A stretch of DNA of 64,000 bases from the IMG/VR virus record IMGVR_UViG_3300033143_002710. One strand, 5' to 3'. Positions 37,620 through 47,048 of this stretch are shown piece by piece; the stretch's first letter is position 1, and every line of letters starts with the position of its first letter. The stretch is from a virus (lineage: Duplodnaviria > Heunggongvirae > Uroviricota > Caudoviricetes). The position numbers and the translations under genes are program-made. The notes under the pieces were generated by a model. It saw only the letters and a list, made by a program, of their open reading frames with translations. It ran no database searches and had not been told where the DNA came from.

Positions 37620-38381
37620 CTACGTCCTTGTTATAACTGGCGTCCAGTTGATGTACTTGCCGACATACTGCAAGGCGTGTCGAGACAGCGCCAGCGTCAG
37701 TGTCGCTCTGGGCCGATAGAATTGTGATACTTCACCCTGAGAAGATGACTGCAACCCATCGTCGATATCCTTTTCAATCGTCGAGCCTCCCAGGTGATAG
37801 TCTGCCTGTGCAAGTTGTGCCATGCGAAGATCGTGTTGATGCCTCGAGTCGAGCAAGGCCCATTCTGCCAAAGTCAAAAGATCAAGAGTCTTCACCTGGT
37901 AGGTGTCATCTGTGAAGTTGAATTGCCAGTTGAACCCGCCGAATCTGTCATAGGCTTGAGTCATGGCAGACCTGCGATGATCTTCGTTAGCAGCGCCCCA
38001 CCCTTCGAGAATTATTCCGCGAGAGTGTAAAAGGGCTTCCTCATACGTCTGAAAGGAATTCGAAAGCAATACCAGAGATGCTTTTAGTTCGACAATGTAG
38101 CCCGCTCGAATTATGATCGAGTCTGTGGCCGTTGTCATCGTTAGAATTACTTGTCGATAACCTCGAACGATGTCTGCCGCCAATGCATTATCTGCCCCCT
38201 GGATTACAATAGAGGCTTCACCGGTTGTTGGTATCACTGGAATGTTTGTCGTCGCTACAACTTCGACACCGAACTCGTTTACGACCGTATAGTCGAGTGC
38301 TATCGGAGTTATCGATTCCCCCTCGTCATCGACGAAGGGCATCTTTACCGTTACATCGACGCTTGGCTCAAAAATCCTCAA
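37620..38381 (-). CDS. hypothetical protein
   Basis: 253-aa ORF. Confidence 0.55.
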   Translation of the reverse strand: MRIFEPSVDVTVKMPFVDDEGESITPIALDYTVVNEFGVEVVATTNIPVIPTTGEASIVIQGADNALAADIVRGYRQVILTMTTATDSIIIRAGYIVELKASLVLLSNSFQTYEEALLHSRGIILEGWGAANEDHRRSAMTQAYDRFGGFNWQFNFTDDTYQVKTLDLLTLAEWALLDSRHQHDLRMAQLAQADYHLGGSTIEKDIDDGLQSSSQGEVSQFYRPRATLTLALSRHALQYVGKYINWTPVITRT

Positions 38382-38386
38382 GAGAC

Positions 38387-38980
38387 TTACTCCTCGGCAG
38401 CGTCGTCAAACCCATCGCTATCGGGAGTTGGTTCGGAAACTTGCTTCGACAGAATGTTCTGGATCAGATCGCCAATTGACCGGCCTTTGACATTAAGAAT
38501 GTCGCCAACCTCTCTCAAGCCAGAGATGCCTTCTGAGTCGGCAATTGCCTCAAGCTCTGACAATGACCAAACGCGAGGGTCTTTATGCTCTTCGCCTGGC
38601 TCGTGGAATCCAACGTTGTCATCGACAAAGCCGCCGTCGTCTTCTTCCATTGGTTCGTCAGATAACGCCTTTCCAGCAGACTCTTCAACCTCTGCCATTT
38701 CAGCCGCCTCGATGTCACTCTTTCGAGGGCTGACGACAGAAGGGAAGTCGGCAGCAGATACTTCGCCGACTTGTTCAAATTTGTACGTGTTCGGATTCAA
38801 GGCCCTTCCATCTTCATCTTCGCAAGAACATGATGCGCCGAGTAAAAGTGCCATCCTTACTGGAATGGCTTCGACTGATTTGCCGTCTTTGAATAGATGA
38901 CGCCGAAGATAACCGTTGTACGTTTGCATACCCGGCTGAGTGATCGTAACTCGAATCAATTTGTCGTAAGCGGTTGGCAT
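38387..38980 (-). CDS. hypothetical acidic protein
   Basis: 197 aa with an acidic C-terminal half. The first gene after the capsid terminator. Confidence 0.55.
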   Translation of the reverse strand: MPTAYDKLIRVTITQPGMQTYNGYLRRHLFKDGKSVEAIPVRMALLLGASCSCEDEDGRALNPNTYKFEQVGEVSAADFPSVVSPRKSDIEAAEMAEVEESAGKALSDEPMEEDDGGFVDDNVGFHEPGEEHKDPRVWSLSELEAIADSEGISGLREVGDILNVKGRSIGDLIQNILSKQVSEPTPDSDGFDDAAEE

Positions 38981-39008
38981 GTTAAATTCCCTGTTTGTTA
39001 AAAACGAA

Positions 39009-39035
39009 AGGGGGGTAGAATTTAATCCTACCCCC
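39009..39035 (-). terminator. rho-independent terminator downstream of the major capsid gene
   Basis: GGGGGGTAG-9nt-CTACCCCCC stem, followed on the minus strand by TTTCGTTTTT. Confidence 0.75.
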
Positions 39036-39066
39036 CTTCTAGACCTTGGGTCAAGACCTACTCAGC

Positions 39067-39975
39067 TTAGGAGCTAAGCAAACCTTCGTACTTGGCGAGC
39101 GACCGCGTAGACTTCAGCACGAGGCCAGAGTACCATTTCAGTCGGACGCGCCATGCATCCTTGTTCTGTACCGTGCCGATGTTCTCGACTCGAATACCGG
39201 CAGACGCTCCACCGAAGATTGCGTGTACGCCGTCTTGCTCGTTCAGGCGAATGGCGTAGATGCCCATGCAATCTGTCTTCGTACCCTTCGTTTCGTCGGC
39301 GTTGACGAAATCGTTCTTCAGAATCGGAATACCGTTATGCGTGAGCATCGGACGGTCGAAGTTCTTCAACTGAAGCATGTTGGCGTCGGTGCCGCCACCA
39401 ACAGTTCGCAGGAGGTTACGATACTGCCGGATCGCAATGCTGTTCATGATGAAAGCGTCTGGGCCGTTAGGCACCTCGTCTTCCAACTCGTCAAGCATGG
39501 ACAGGGTAAGTGCGTCACCGTTCGCGCCAGCACCCGTGAGAGTCTGACCGGCAACTACGAGATTGACAAGACCGTCGAATTCTTTCGGGCTGCCTGTTTC
39601 GTCACCGTTGATGAAAGTGTCGCTCCACTTGCGGCCAAGACCCTTCGCCTTCAACGCGATCTGAATAGCCAACTGCTCATTGGTATCAGACATTGTTTCG
39701 GACAGGAACTTGTCAACATCGACATCGCCAGCCAGAATTTTCAGCGTGGCAACGACGTTCGTGAAGGTGACAGCCTCTTCGGTAACCGCATCATTCGGAT
39801 CGAGGAATGTACCCTGTGACTCCGTGTTCTCGCGGTTGTAGACGTAAGCCTTACCATTCGTCTTCATGAAAGGAATAACCTGGAAGACATCATCGTGAGT
39901 GATGATCTCCTCGATCACGCCGCGCTGTAGATCGTTGTTGGAGAGCTTCTCAGCTTCAACCTTCAATAATGCCAT
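39067..39975 (-). CDS. major capsid protein (HK97-fold, T7-like size)
   Basis: 302 aa between the scaffold gene and a strong terminator. Composition and length are typical of phage major capsid proteins. Confidence 0.75.
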   Translation of the reverse strand: MALLKVEAEKLSNNDLQRGVIEEIITHDDVFQVIPFMKTNGKAYVYNRENTESQGTFLDPNDAVTEEAVTFTNVVATLKILAGDVDVDKFLSETMSDTNEQLAIQIALKAKGLGRKWSDTFINGDETGSPKEFDGLVNLVVAGQTLTGAGANGDALTLSMLDELEDEVPNGPDAFIMNSIAIRQYRNLLRTVGGGTDANMLQLKNFDRPMLTHNGIPILKNDFVNADETKGTKTDCMGIYAIRLNEQDGVHAIFGGASAGIRVENIGTVQNKDAWRVRLKWYSGLVLKSTRSLAKYEGLLSS

Positions 39976-40052
39976 TTGTGTAACTCCCTAAAAAGAAGAT
40001 TCTAAACCAATGACCTACAACGGTCACGACTGCCTTCAGACTTAATTATGCG

Positions 40053-40988
40053 TCAGTCGGAACCTAACTTCAACCCCTTTGCTTCTTTGAGTAGGCCGTC
40101 TTTGAGACCGGCAGCAATACGAGAGGCTCCTGGAGCTACACCTGGCGGATCATCATCAGGTCCGCCCAGAGGATCTGTCTTCGACCTTGCTCCCGGCTTA
40201 ACCTTTGATCTGTAAAGGGATTTCTTGTCCGGATCAGCGTCGACAATCTTTTCGAAAGCCGCGTCAAACTCAAGATTTACCCCGGCACCGTCAACCAGTG
40301 GCGCTCGTCCATCGACGCCAGAAGGTTTGTTGTATCCGACAACATTGCCGCTTTCGTCACGCTCAAAATGCGCACCATAAAGTGTTCGCGCTTTCGCCGC
40401 TGGAAGATTTAATCTTTCCTGGATAAACTTCGAGGCACTAAAGGTATTGCCGATACTGAGATTATCAATTTCAGTATCCTTCCCTGCGAGCTTCGCATTC
40501 AGATCCGCAATGATTTCGTCTTTGCCAGTGACAATGACTGCATGTGCTTCGTTCATCTGATCTTTGACCTGAGTAAACTCGCCAGCAGCGATCAGAGCCG
40601 CTTCGTCAGCGTCCTTGTTTTTCTGAAGCATGTCTTTGACCGCAGTCAAATCGATTCCTTCCCATGCTTTGGCCGCTTCTTTCAATGCCGCGACTTCACC
40701 GGACAGAGTGCCGATCTTTTCCTTCTTCTTCATTACTTCTGTGAGAAGGGTTTTTTCCTTGTCGGTAGGCTTTGGATCGGGATCGGGATCGGGGTCTGGA
40801 TCAGGATCGGGGTCTGGATCAGGATCGGGGTCTGGATCAGGATCGGGGTCTGGATCAGGATCGGGATCAGGATCGGGGTCAGGGTCTGGATCGCCATCTG
40901 CACCGACAGATCGGTGAAACCCTGGATTTTCATCATAAAAAGCATTCCAACCATTTACGTCATAATTGTCTAATTCGATACTCATCAT
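40053..40988 (-). CDS. scaffolding protein with (DP)23 dipeptide repeat
   Basis: ATG at 40988 preceded by GAGAGG. 23 consecutive Asp-Pro repeats, then a helical K/E/A-rich region. Lies between the portal and capsid genes. Confidence 0.65.
   Translation of the reverse strand: MMSIELDNYDVNGWNAFYDENPGFHRSVGADGDPDPDPDPDPDPDPDPDPDPDPDPDPDPDPDPDPDPDPDPKPTDKEKTLLTEVMKKKEKIGTLSGEVAALKEAAKAWEGIDLTAVKDMLQKNKDADEAALIAAGEFTQVKDQMNEAHAVIVTGKDEIIADLNAKLAGKDTEIDNLSIGNTFSASKFIQERLNLPAAKARTLYGAHFERDESGNVVGYNKPSGVDGRAPLVDGAGVNLEFDAAFEKIVDADPDKKSLYRSKVKPGARSKTDPLGGPDDDPPGVAPGASRIAAGLKDGLLKEAKGLKLGSD
40750..40905. repeat. GATC-rich 18-bp tandem repeat (GGATCAGGATCGGGGTCT) encoding the (DP)n tract
   Basis: Seen directly. 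About 15 GATC sites within ~150 bp. Confidence 0.85.
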
Positions 40989-41068
40989 ACAGACCTCTCT
41001 CTTGGTCAACTCGGTCCAATCTTGGACCTACTTCTCGTGGTGCTGGAATTCAAACAAAGAGAATTCTC

Positions 41069-42619
41069 TTACTCTTCATCGTCCTTATCAGCGGAACTGT
41101 TATCACCATTATCCGACGAATCGTCTTCAAATGCAAAGTCTTCTGGCGCAGGGGGCCAATCGTCGCTATCAATCTCGTCAAACATCTTCTTCTTTAGGGC
41201 CTCTGATATGGTCGGGAAGAGCTTCTCGACCAGGGTCTTCATTTGCTCTTTTCGAACCGTGTCTGGCGCAGAAACCAGCGATAGGCTTCCTGCAATTTCA
41301 AACTCGCTCGCTAATCCGCGAACGTCAAAGTTATCGGCCCATGTAATATGCGCTGGGTCATGCGCCTGGTCGCCGTTCCACGCAGCTACCAGATCAAGTA
41401 TCTCATTCTCCGCCTTAGACAGAGTTTTCGACTTGTTGATAAGCAGGGCGTTCACTCGCTCAAAGTCATACGCTTTAGCTACGCCGGAACTGTTGTCGAT
41501 CCCCATAGAGTTATCCTCTTTGGTTCTCTCTCCGGCCATTCCGACTGAGTGATATATCTCGTTGATGATCGTGCGAATAGCTGTAATAATCAATTCAGCT
41601 TGAGTTGGGTCTGGCGATATAAATGCCGGAGCCATTCCGCCCTCTCCATTGAACAGAAAGATTCGTTTGGTTCCCATTTCGGTCAGCTTCTCAGTGGCCT
41701 TTTCTTCTTCGCCTGGCATCAAGCCTTGCGCTGGCATTGCCAACTGCGAGAAAGTCTGGTCCTGAATTATGGCGTCAAGATTGGATAGATAATTTGCCAC
41801 CGCACGATCCTGATATGCGATGTCGTTAATTAACGCTGGCGAACTGTAAGGATCGTCGCTATCCATATGGTCGACTATTACGACCGGGACTATTCCGAGA
41901 TCGTGAACCCCTTCGCTAAAAAGCTCAACCTTTCTTTTGGAATCTTCCGTTGTCTCAATCTTGCCTTCACTGTTCATTGCGTAACGAAACAGGTGCCAGG
42001 AATTCTTCCTCCACAATCTGAATTGTTCGCTTTGGCCTACGGCTTCACCAAATGGGTCGTCATCATTTCGATACTTCTCTCGAAGCAGAATCCAGTTTAG
42101 TTTGCCTAAGCTATCAAAGGACATGTCAAGAGCGTCTTGAGGACCAACCCAATATGCATAGGTCTGGACATCTTCTTCGTCAGCCTCAGAGTCTGGCGTT
42201 TCCGTCGCCGTGTTGTCGACGACGATGTAAATTCGTCCGGATATCGAAGACCGCTTACAGACCTGAGACATCAGATAATTAATGTCGTACCCTTCGGAAG
42301 TGGCCGACTTCCAGAATTTCTTAATCGAATCTTGCGCGTCATCCTCATTTCTGGAAACGTCAGTTCGAAACACGTACTTATTTACGAGATCGACGACCTC
42401 ACGAGAATGGTTGAAGCGATATGCTCGCTCCTGTCTTTTTTCATATTCTTTGTCACCTTCCTTGATGTACTTGAAGATGTTGTCCTTAAACCAACCACGG
42501 CCGCCCTCATAACACGCCTCCATAAATTCCCAATGGGATTTACGTTCCGTATATTCGGGGTGTCGCCTCTGCGCAATCTTGGAAACATCGCGCTCTTGTG
42601 ATTTCAGTTCTTCTGCCAT
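41069..42619 (-). CDS. portal protein (T7 gp8-like head-to-tail connector family)
   Basis: 516 aa with an acidic C-terminus, located between TerL and the scaffold gene. Confidence 0.75.
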   Translation of the reverse strand: MAEELKSQERDVSKIAQRRHPEYTERKSHWEFMEACYEGGRGWFKDNIFKYIKEGDKEYEKRQERAYRFNHSREVVDLVNKYVFRTDVSRNEDDAQDSIKKFWKSATSEGYDINYLMSQVCKRSSISGRIYIVVDNTATETPDSEADEEDVQTYAYWVGPQDALDMSFDSLGKLNWILLREKYRNDDDPFGEAVGQSEQFRLWRKNSWHLFRYAMNSEGKIETTEDSKRKVELFSEGVHDLGIVPVVIVDHMDSDDPYSSPALINDIAYQDRAVANYLSNLDAIIQDQTFSQLAMPAQGLMPGEEEKATEKLTEMGTKRIFLFNGEGGMAPAFISPDPTQAELIITAIRTIINEIYHSVGMAGERTKEDNSMGIDNSSGVAKAYDFERVNALLINKSKTLSKAENEILDLVAAWNGDQAHDPAHITWADNFDVRGLASEFEIAGSLSLVSAPDTVRKEQMKTLVEKLFPTISEALKKKMFDEIDSDDWPPAPEDFAFEDDSSDNGDNSSADKDDEE

Positions 42620-42669
42620 TCGGAAGTGCTTCCTATAAGAATGTAAATTATCTCATCGTAGACGATGAT

Positions 42670-43914
42670 TTACAAGGATATGCCAGCGATGATGATCTTG
42701 CGCAGCGGGTATTTGAACTCGATTGCGTAACCCAAGGCGTCGGCCGAGTGTTCTGTTCCCATCTTTTTATCTACTTCACGACAGCCTTCCTTGTAGATTG
42801 TTTGCTCCAATGAGTCTATCAGGTGTTGGCAGCCGCTGTCGACCCGTAGCCTGGTCGAACCATCTGCCGCCCGAAGCATTCTGTTCACGCAATTCACTCT
42901 ATCAGCCACTGGCGGGTGTTTTCTTCGATGATAGATTCGCCTGTAACCAGACTCTCTAAAGATGTCCAGATCAGTCTCGCCTCGAGCATGTTGAGTGTAC
43001 GCACCCGCTGGATCAGGAAATATCGCCGTGACACTCTTGTACCGCCAATGCCTTCTGTCCAGTTCACTCACTGCCTCTGCTGTTGAGCTATTTGGCAGCA
43101 CAATCTCGTCTATTACCCAAACCTCACCGTTCTTCTGAGGCTGCATAACGACAGCAGACATTGGGTCTCTGTTGAAGTCCTGACCAACCCACAGTGGTAG
43201 CTCCTTGTTGAACTTGTACTCGCCAACATGAACAGACCTGTCAAATGGGTAGTAGACCCGGCCGCCCATAGTCTCGAACGACGCCTCAAACTCCTGCTTG
43301 AAAGATCGCTCGTCCATGTCTTGTCGTGCCTGTTCGATTTCTGACGCTGGAACAAACGGGCTGTCGATTGATTTGAACTGCCAGCTTTCCCACCTTTTGG
43401 CTGCGACTAGCTTTGGGTTCTGTCCGAACTGGTACACATCATGGAGATAATTGAATGATTTCGGCGTGCCGATGAAGGTAGCTCTGCCAGCAGTGGTTGC
43501 CAGCGTTGGTCGAAGTGCCTTCTTCCATGTGTCAGGGTGCATGTCCTGAAACTCATCCAGCACCACATGATTCAAACCTACACCGCGCAAGGAGTCATAT
43601 TTGTCCGCACCCTTGAGTGTAATAATTGATCTGTTCTTCAGCAGAATATACAGACCGGTCTCGTTGGTCTTTCGTATCCACGCTCTAGGGATGGCGTCCA
43701 GAAGCTCCGGCCACATGATGGTTTTTGCCATCGCATAGGTTGGAGCGACGTACCAGACCAGTTGTCGTGGTAATGCGGCCGCCCTAATCATCTCGGTTCT
43801 GCCAAGTTGAGTTTTGCCCCAACGTCTACCGGCCACCACAACTTTGAATCGCGCCAGCGACCGCCACACTATGGCCTGGCCTTTGTGCAGCTTTAGAGCT
43901 TTTGCGCGAGACAT
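42670..43914 (-). CDS. terminase large subunit
   Basis: Walker A VVAGRRWGKTQ, ATPase followed by an RNase H-like nuclease region (IFPDPAG...). Confidence 0.9.
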   Translation of the reverse strand: MSRAKALKLHKGQAIVWRSLARFKVVVAGRRWGKTQLGRTEMIRAAALPRQLVWYVAPTYAMAKTIMWPELLDAIPRAWIRKTNETGLYILLKNRSIITLKGADKYDSLRGVGLNHVVLDEFQDMHPDTWKKALRPTLATTAGRATFIGTPKSFNYLHDVYQFGQNPKLVAAKRWESWQFKSIDSPFVPASEIEQARQDMDERSFKQEFEASFETMGGRVYYPFDRSVHVGEYKFNKELPLWVGQDFNRDPMSAVVMQPQKNGEVWVIDEIVLPNSSTAEAVSELDRRHWRYKSVTAIFPDPAGAYTQHARGETDLDIFRESGYRRIYHRRKHPPVADRVNCVNRMLRAADGSTRLRVDSGCQHLIDSLEQTIYKEGCREVDKKMGTEHSADALGYAIEFKYPLRKIIIAGISL

Positions 43915-44567
43915 TAGACTCCTTCCCCAGCTATCTCGTCCGCGAGTTGGTCGATTGTCTTCTCGCTTTCCTTGATCTCAAGATCAGGGTCACCAAGCCT
44001 TTCAATTTCATCCAACTCGTCTTGAGTAAACTCCTCAATCGGCAATACCGGAATCTCATCGCCAGCGTCTGGTTCGCGATCCAAACCTGTGATTGCCCAC
44101 CTATCTGCGCGAGCCATCTGAATACCTGCCATCGCCAACTTCAACGTTGCAATGTCATCCTTCGCGTCAGAAATTGGAGTTTCGTCATTTATCGCCTTGG
44201 CTATTCTGGCGAATATCAGCTTCGCTATTGTCGTAGCGTATTTGTAATGCTCGTCCTTCGAACTCTTGATCCGCTTGATATTGTTTGCGGCGTCAGAGAT
44301 CATCTCTCTTGCCGTTTCATCTTTGGCTGCTTCAGCGTAGACCTCTGCTTTAGAACCCTTCTCGATGCCGCGCTTCGATAGGGCCTGGCTCAGATACGAT
44401 GCGTTCGCTCCGAATGTTGTGGCTAGGTCTACGAGTGTGAAATCACCTGACGCCCACATCTCCTCGATCTGGCCCCACTCAGTAGGAGTGAGACGCTTTC
44501 CAGTTTTGAGAGGCGTCTTTTTCTTTCGAATCGGTTTCTTTCTTATTTTTCTACTGGCAGCAGTCAT
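43914..44567 (-). CDS. terminase small subunit (HTH)
   Basis: The track ORF 43914..44633 starts at TTG. A more likely ATG at 44567 gives MTAASRKIRKK..., with a basic N-terminus and HTH FTLVDLATTFGANASYLSQALSKRG. It lies immediately upstream of TerL. Confidence 0.6.
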   Translation of the reverse strand: MTAASRKIRKKPIRKKKTPLKTGKRLTPTEWGQIEEMWASGDFTLVDLATTFGANASYLSQALSKRGIEKGSKAEVYAEAAKDETAREMISDAANNIKRIKSSKDEHYKYATTIAKLIFARIAKAINDETPISDAKDDIATLKLAMAGIQMARADRWAITGLDREPDAGDEIPVLPIEEFTQDELDEIERLGDPDLEIKESEKTIDQLADEIAGEGV

Positions 44568-44696
44568 AGCCCACCAAGTAAAAATGGGCCGTCGCCAAGA
44601 GGGACCAGGGGGTGTGCGACGACCCGTTGACAACCGTTGTAAAGATATATTTTATCACAAAATTCAATTTACTATTCCCGAAATCGCTAAATAAAT

Positions 44697-44717
44697 CCCC
44701 GTGCCGGGGTCTTTTCT
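44697..44717. terminator. short GC hairpin with flanking T/A runs (possible bidirectional terminator)
   Basis: CCCCG-TGC-CGGGG followed by TCTTTTCT on the plus strand, and by ATTTATTTAG on the minus strand. Confidence 0.35.
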
Positions 44718-44838
44718 CAGCCGTCGTTTTCCCTTTGCTATAATAACTCTTGGACCCTTGGGGCTTAGACCTTAAATACTCTAAAAGCTAATTAAAGCGA
44801 AAAATTAAAATCCCCGGAATGAAATCCAATCCACAGAA

Positions 44839-45153
44839 TTAGACCTCACTCGCAAGCTCCCTGGAAAGAACCCTGGACATGGCTTCTGGTGTCGAGGTTC
44901 TTTTTCTGGATACAAATTCGTAACCATTTTTTGTGGCACACAAGGTGATACGTCTCCTGGCTCTGCGCTTCTGGGTTTCTTTCTTTTCAATCATACCCTT
45001 TGATATCAGATTTCGAATGATGAACTGGATTGAGGGCTTATTTGTGTCATAAAAGACTCTCTGGATTATTTCGTCCAGATCACAAAAGGAGCCATTTGAA
45101 TTTGCTCTTACAATGACTGTTAGTACATTTTCTTGCTTGTCCGTGAGTATCAC
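44839..45153 (-). CDS. winged-helix DNA-binding protein (MarR-like)
   Basis: FIIRNLISKGMIEKK-type recognition helix and a basic C-terminal wing. Confidence 0.5.
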   Translation of the reverse strand: MILTDKQENVLTVIVRANSNGSFCDLDEIIQRVFYDTNKPSIQFIIRNLISKGMIEKKETQKRRARRRITLCATKNGYEFVSRKRTSTPEAMSRVLSRELASEV

Positions 45154-46052
45154 GATTGTTCTCCATCTAATAAAATCAGCTTTTCTCCGGTCGCTTGCCT
45201 GTCAAAAGCCGTGAGTGGTAGGGTGTCTGGAATCTTGCGTCCAAAGTCTGGATTCTCGTACACGCCGTATTCGGGCATGGCAAAGACCAACTGTTGCGTG
45301 TTGCGCAACACACTCTCTATGGGCATGTCTTCCATTACTCGGCGTTTCTTTTCCAATCTTACATCGCCAACGCCCTGTTTTTCAAGGGAACTGCGATAAT
45401 AATAGAAATTTCGAAGTAAAGGTTCCAGCCCTTTTCTTTCACTTTCTGACTTCGCCATCAGTTCATCTCTGAGGGCAATGTAGTCTATTGGGTTACAGTC
45501 GAAGTGCAGACCGAAAAACTCAATTCCCTCTTTGTAGTAAGGTGATCGACGCGGTTTGGTGAACAAGAATCCCGCCTTTTGAGCGAACTGATTGTATCTG
45601 CTCATGGAGGATTGTATTTCAGCGAATCTCTTACCTTCCATTCTGGCCGCCAGGTTCAACGCTCTCACCGCCACACCGATTCCTCGATACATTGTGTCGA
45701 CCACGGTGCGCGAATTCAGACACACATTCTGGTTCAGCCATTTGAATCGATGAACGTTCGTTATTCTGGTGTCTCCTCCGCCTGCTGCCAATATAGGAAA
45801 CAATTCATGTCGAGATTTCAGCAAACCACGCGGAGAAGTCATAACGACACACCCGACCAGATCATCAAACAGACTTATTCGATACACTCGTCCAGCCGTT
45901 CTGCCTGTCGATTTGTAATGCAACTCGTGCAGAGCTTCCCAATCCGACTTGTCTCCCGGCGAGATTATCATCTTGCGAAGAAGATCGAATTTAGCGGGCA
46001 CGAGCAGGCGCTGGATCTCGACATCGACAATTGCTGAAGAATTTTTACTCAT
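45150..46052 (-). CDS. GNAT-like acetyltransferase domain protein with C-terminal extension
   Basis: Segment NSRTVVDTMYRGIGVAVRALNLAA matches GNAT motif A (R/Q-x-x-G-x-G/A). The remaining ~150 aa are unassigned. Confidence 0.45.
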   Translation of the reverse strand: MSKNSSAIVDVEIQRLLVPAKFDLLRKMIISPGDKSDWEALHELHYKSTGRTAGRVYRISLFDDLVGCVVMTSPRGLLKSRHELFPILAAGGGDTRITNVHRFKWLNQNVCLNSRTVVDTMYRGIGVAVRALNLAARMEGKRFAEIQSSMSRYNQFAQKAGFLFTKPRRSPYYKEGIEFFGLHFDCNPIDYIALRDELMAKSESERKGLEPLLRNFYYYRSSLEKQGVGDVRLEKKRRVMEDMPIESVLRNTQQLVFAMPEYGVYENPDFGRKIPDTLPLTAFDRQATGEKLILLDGEQS

Positions 46053-46063
46053 CTGTTAAATTT

Positions 46064-46336
46064 CTACTTTTTCTCTGGAATTGTGTTGACAATCTCTTTG
46101 AATTCGTCGAATGGTAAATACCAAAATGGATATCTTTCTTTGAACGGAGCGTCTTTTGGTAAGCTCGTGTTCATCAGATATGGAAACACTTCAGGGTGAG
46201 TTGCGATAAACGCAATGACTCTCAGCACATTCATTAGATTGCTGGCATCCCAATGCCCTGATCGTAAAGCTCGAAAGGCTACAAGTGCAATGAAAGAAAA
46301 GAATCCTAGGCCGTAGCCAACAAAGAAGCTACTCAT
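46064..46336 (-). CDS. small membrane protein
   Basis: N-terminal TM FFVGYGLGFFSFIALVAF. Overlaps the ATPase gene by 8 nt. Confidence 0.45.
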   Translation of the reverse strand: MSSFFVGYGLGFFSFIALVAFRALRSGHWDASNLMNVLRVIAFIATHPEVFPYLMNTSLPKDAPFKERYPFWYLPFDEFKEIVNTIPEKK

Positions 46337-46973
46337 TTTTATCTCCTCGAGAAATTTCCACTTTATCTCTGAATCTCTTTTTCACAACCAGGGATGGCCC
46401 CAACTCTTCCAGGAGATCCTCGTGGGTGGTGGCCACGATCAAAGTCTTTCCCTCTTTTCGAGCGTGTTTCTGTAGAGAGAACGCAACAATCTTTGCCGTA
46501 ACGCGATCAAGAACGGCACCAAATTCATCAGCAACCCATACATCTGCTGGTAGATTTAACAGGTGGGCCAGTCTCAGTCGATATCGCTGACCATCGGACA
46601 ATTCACTTGGCTTACGAATGAACAGATAAGCGTCATTCAAACCAACTCTGGATAGGATCATCAGAGCTTCTTTTGTAGTCTTGCCAACTTGGTCGACTAG
46701 CGGAACATTTTCGAGTTGAACATCGTCAATATTCATCACGACTTGGTTATCGAGTTGCAGCGCCGTTTCACATTGTTTCAGCAGCACCGTTTTGCCAGAT
46801 CCAGATTGACCTGTTATATAGACGACATCTCCGTTTTCGATTTCCATTTCGAAATCCTCAAACAAGATGAACTCTCGATCATCAAGCCCTAGTCCAAAAG
46901 ACTCGGCGACTTCGATTACTCGATCAGTTCGCGCTACCTTTGTGGAGAATTTCTTGCTAACTGTGAATTTCAT
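46329..46973 (-). CDS. stand-alone ABC-type ATPase (214 aa)
   Basis: Walker A GQSGSGKT, ABC signature LSDGQRYR, Walker B VWVADEF and H-loop ATTHED. Confidence 0.75.
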   Translation of the reverse strand: MKFTVSKKFSTKVARTDRVIEVAESFGLGLDDREFILFEDFEMEIENGDVVYITGQSGSGKTVLLKQCETALQLDNQVVMNIDDVQLENVPLVDQVGKTTKEALMILSRVGLNDAYLFIRKPSELSDGQRYRLRLAHLLNLPADVWVADEFGAVLDRVTAKIVAFSLQKHARKEGKTLIVATTHEDLLEELGPSLVVKKRFRDKVEISRGDKNE

Positions 46974-47048
46974 AGCCTTTCCTGTGATAAATTTACGATT
47001 TCGATGAATGGATTTGGCTACCTGGCCGCCTAAGCCGTCACCTGGATG

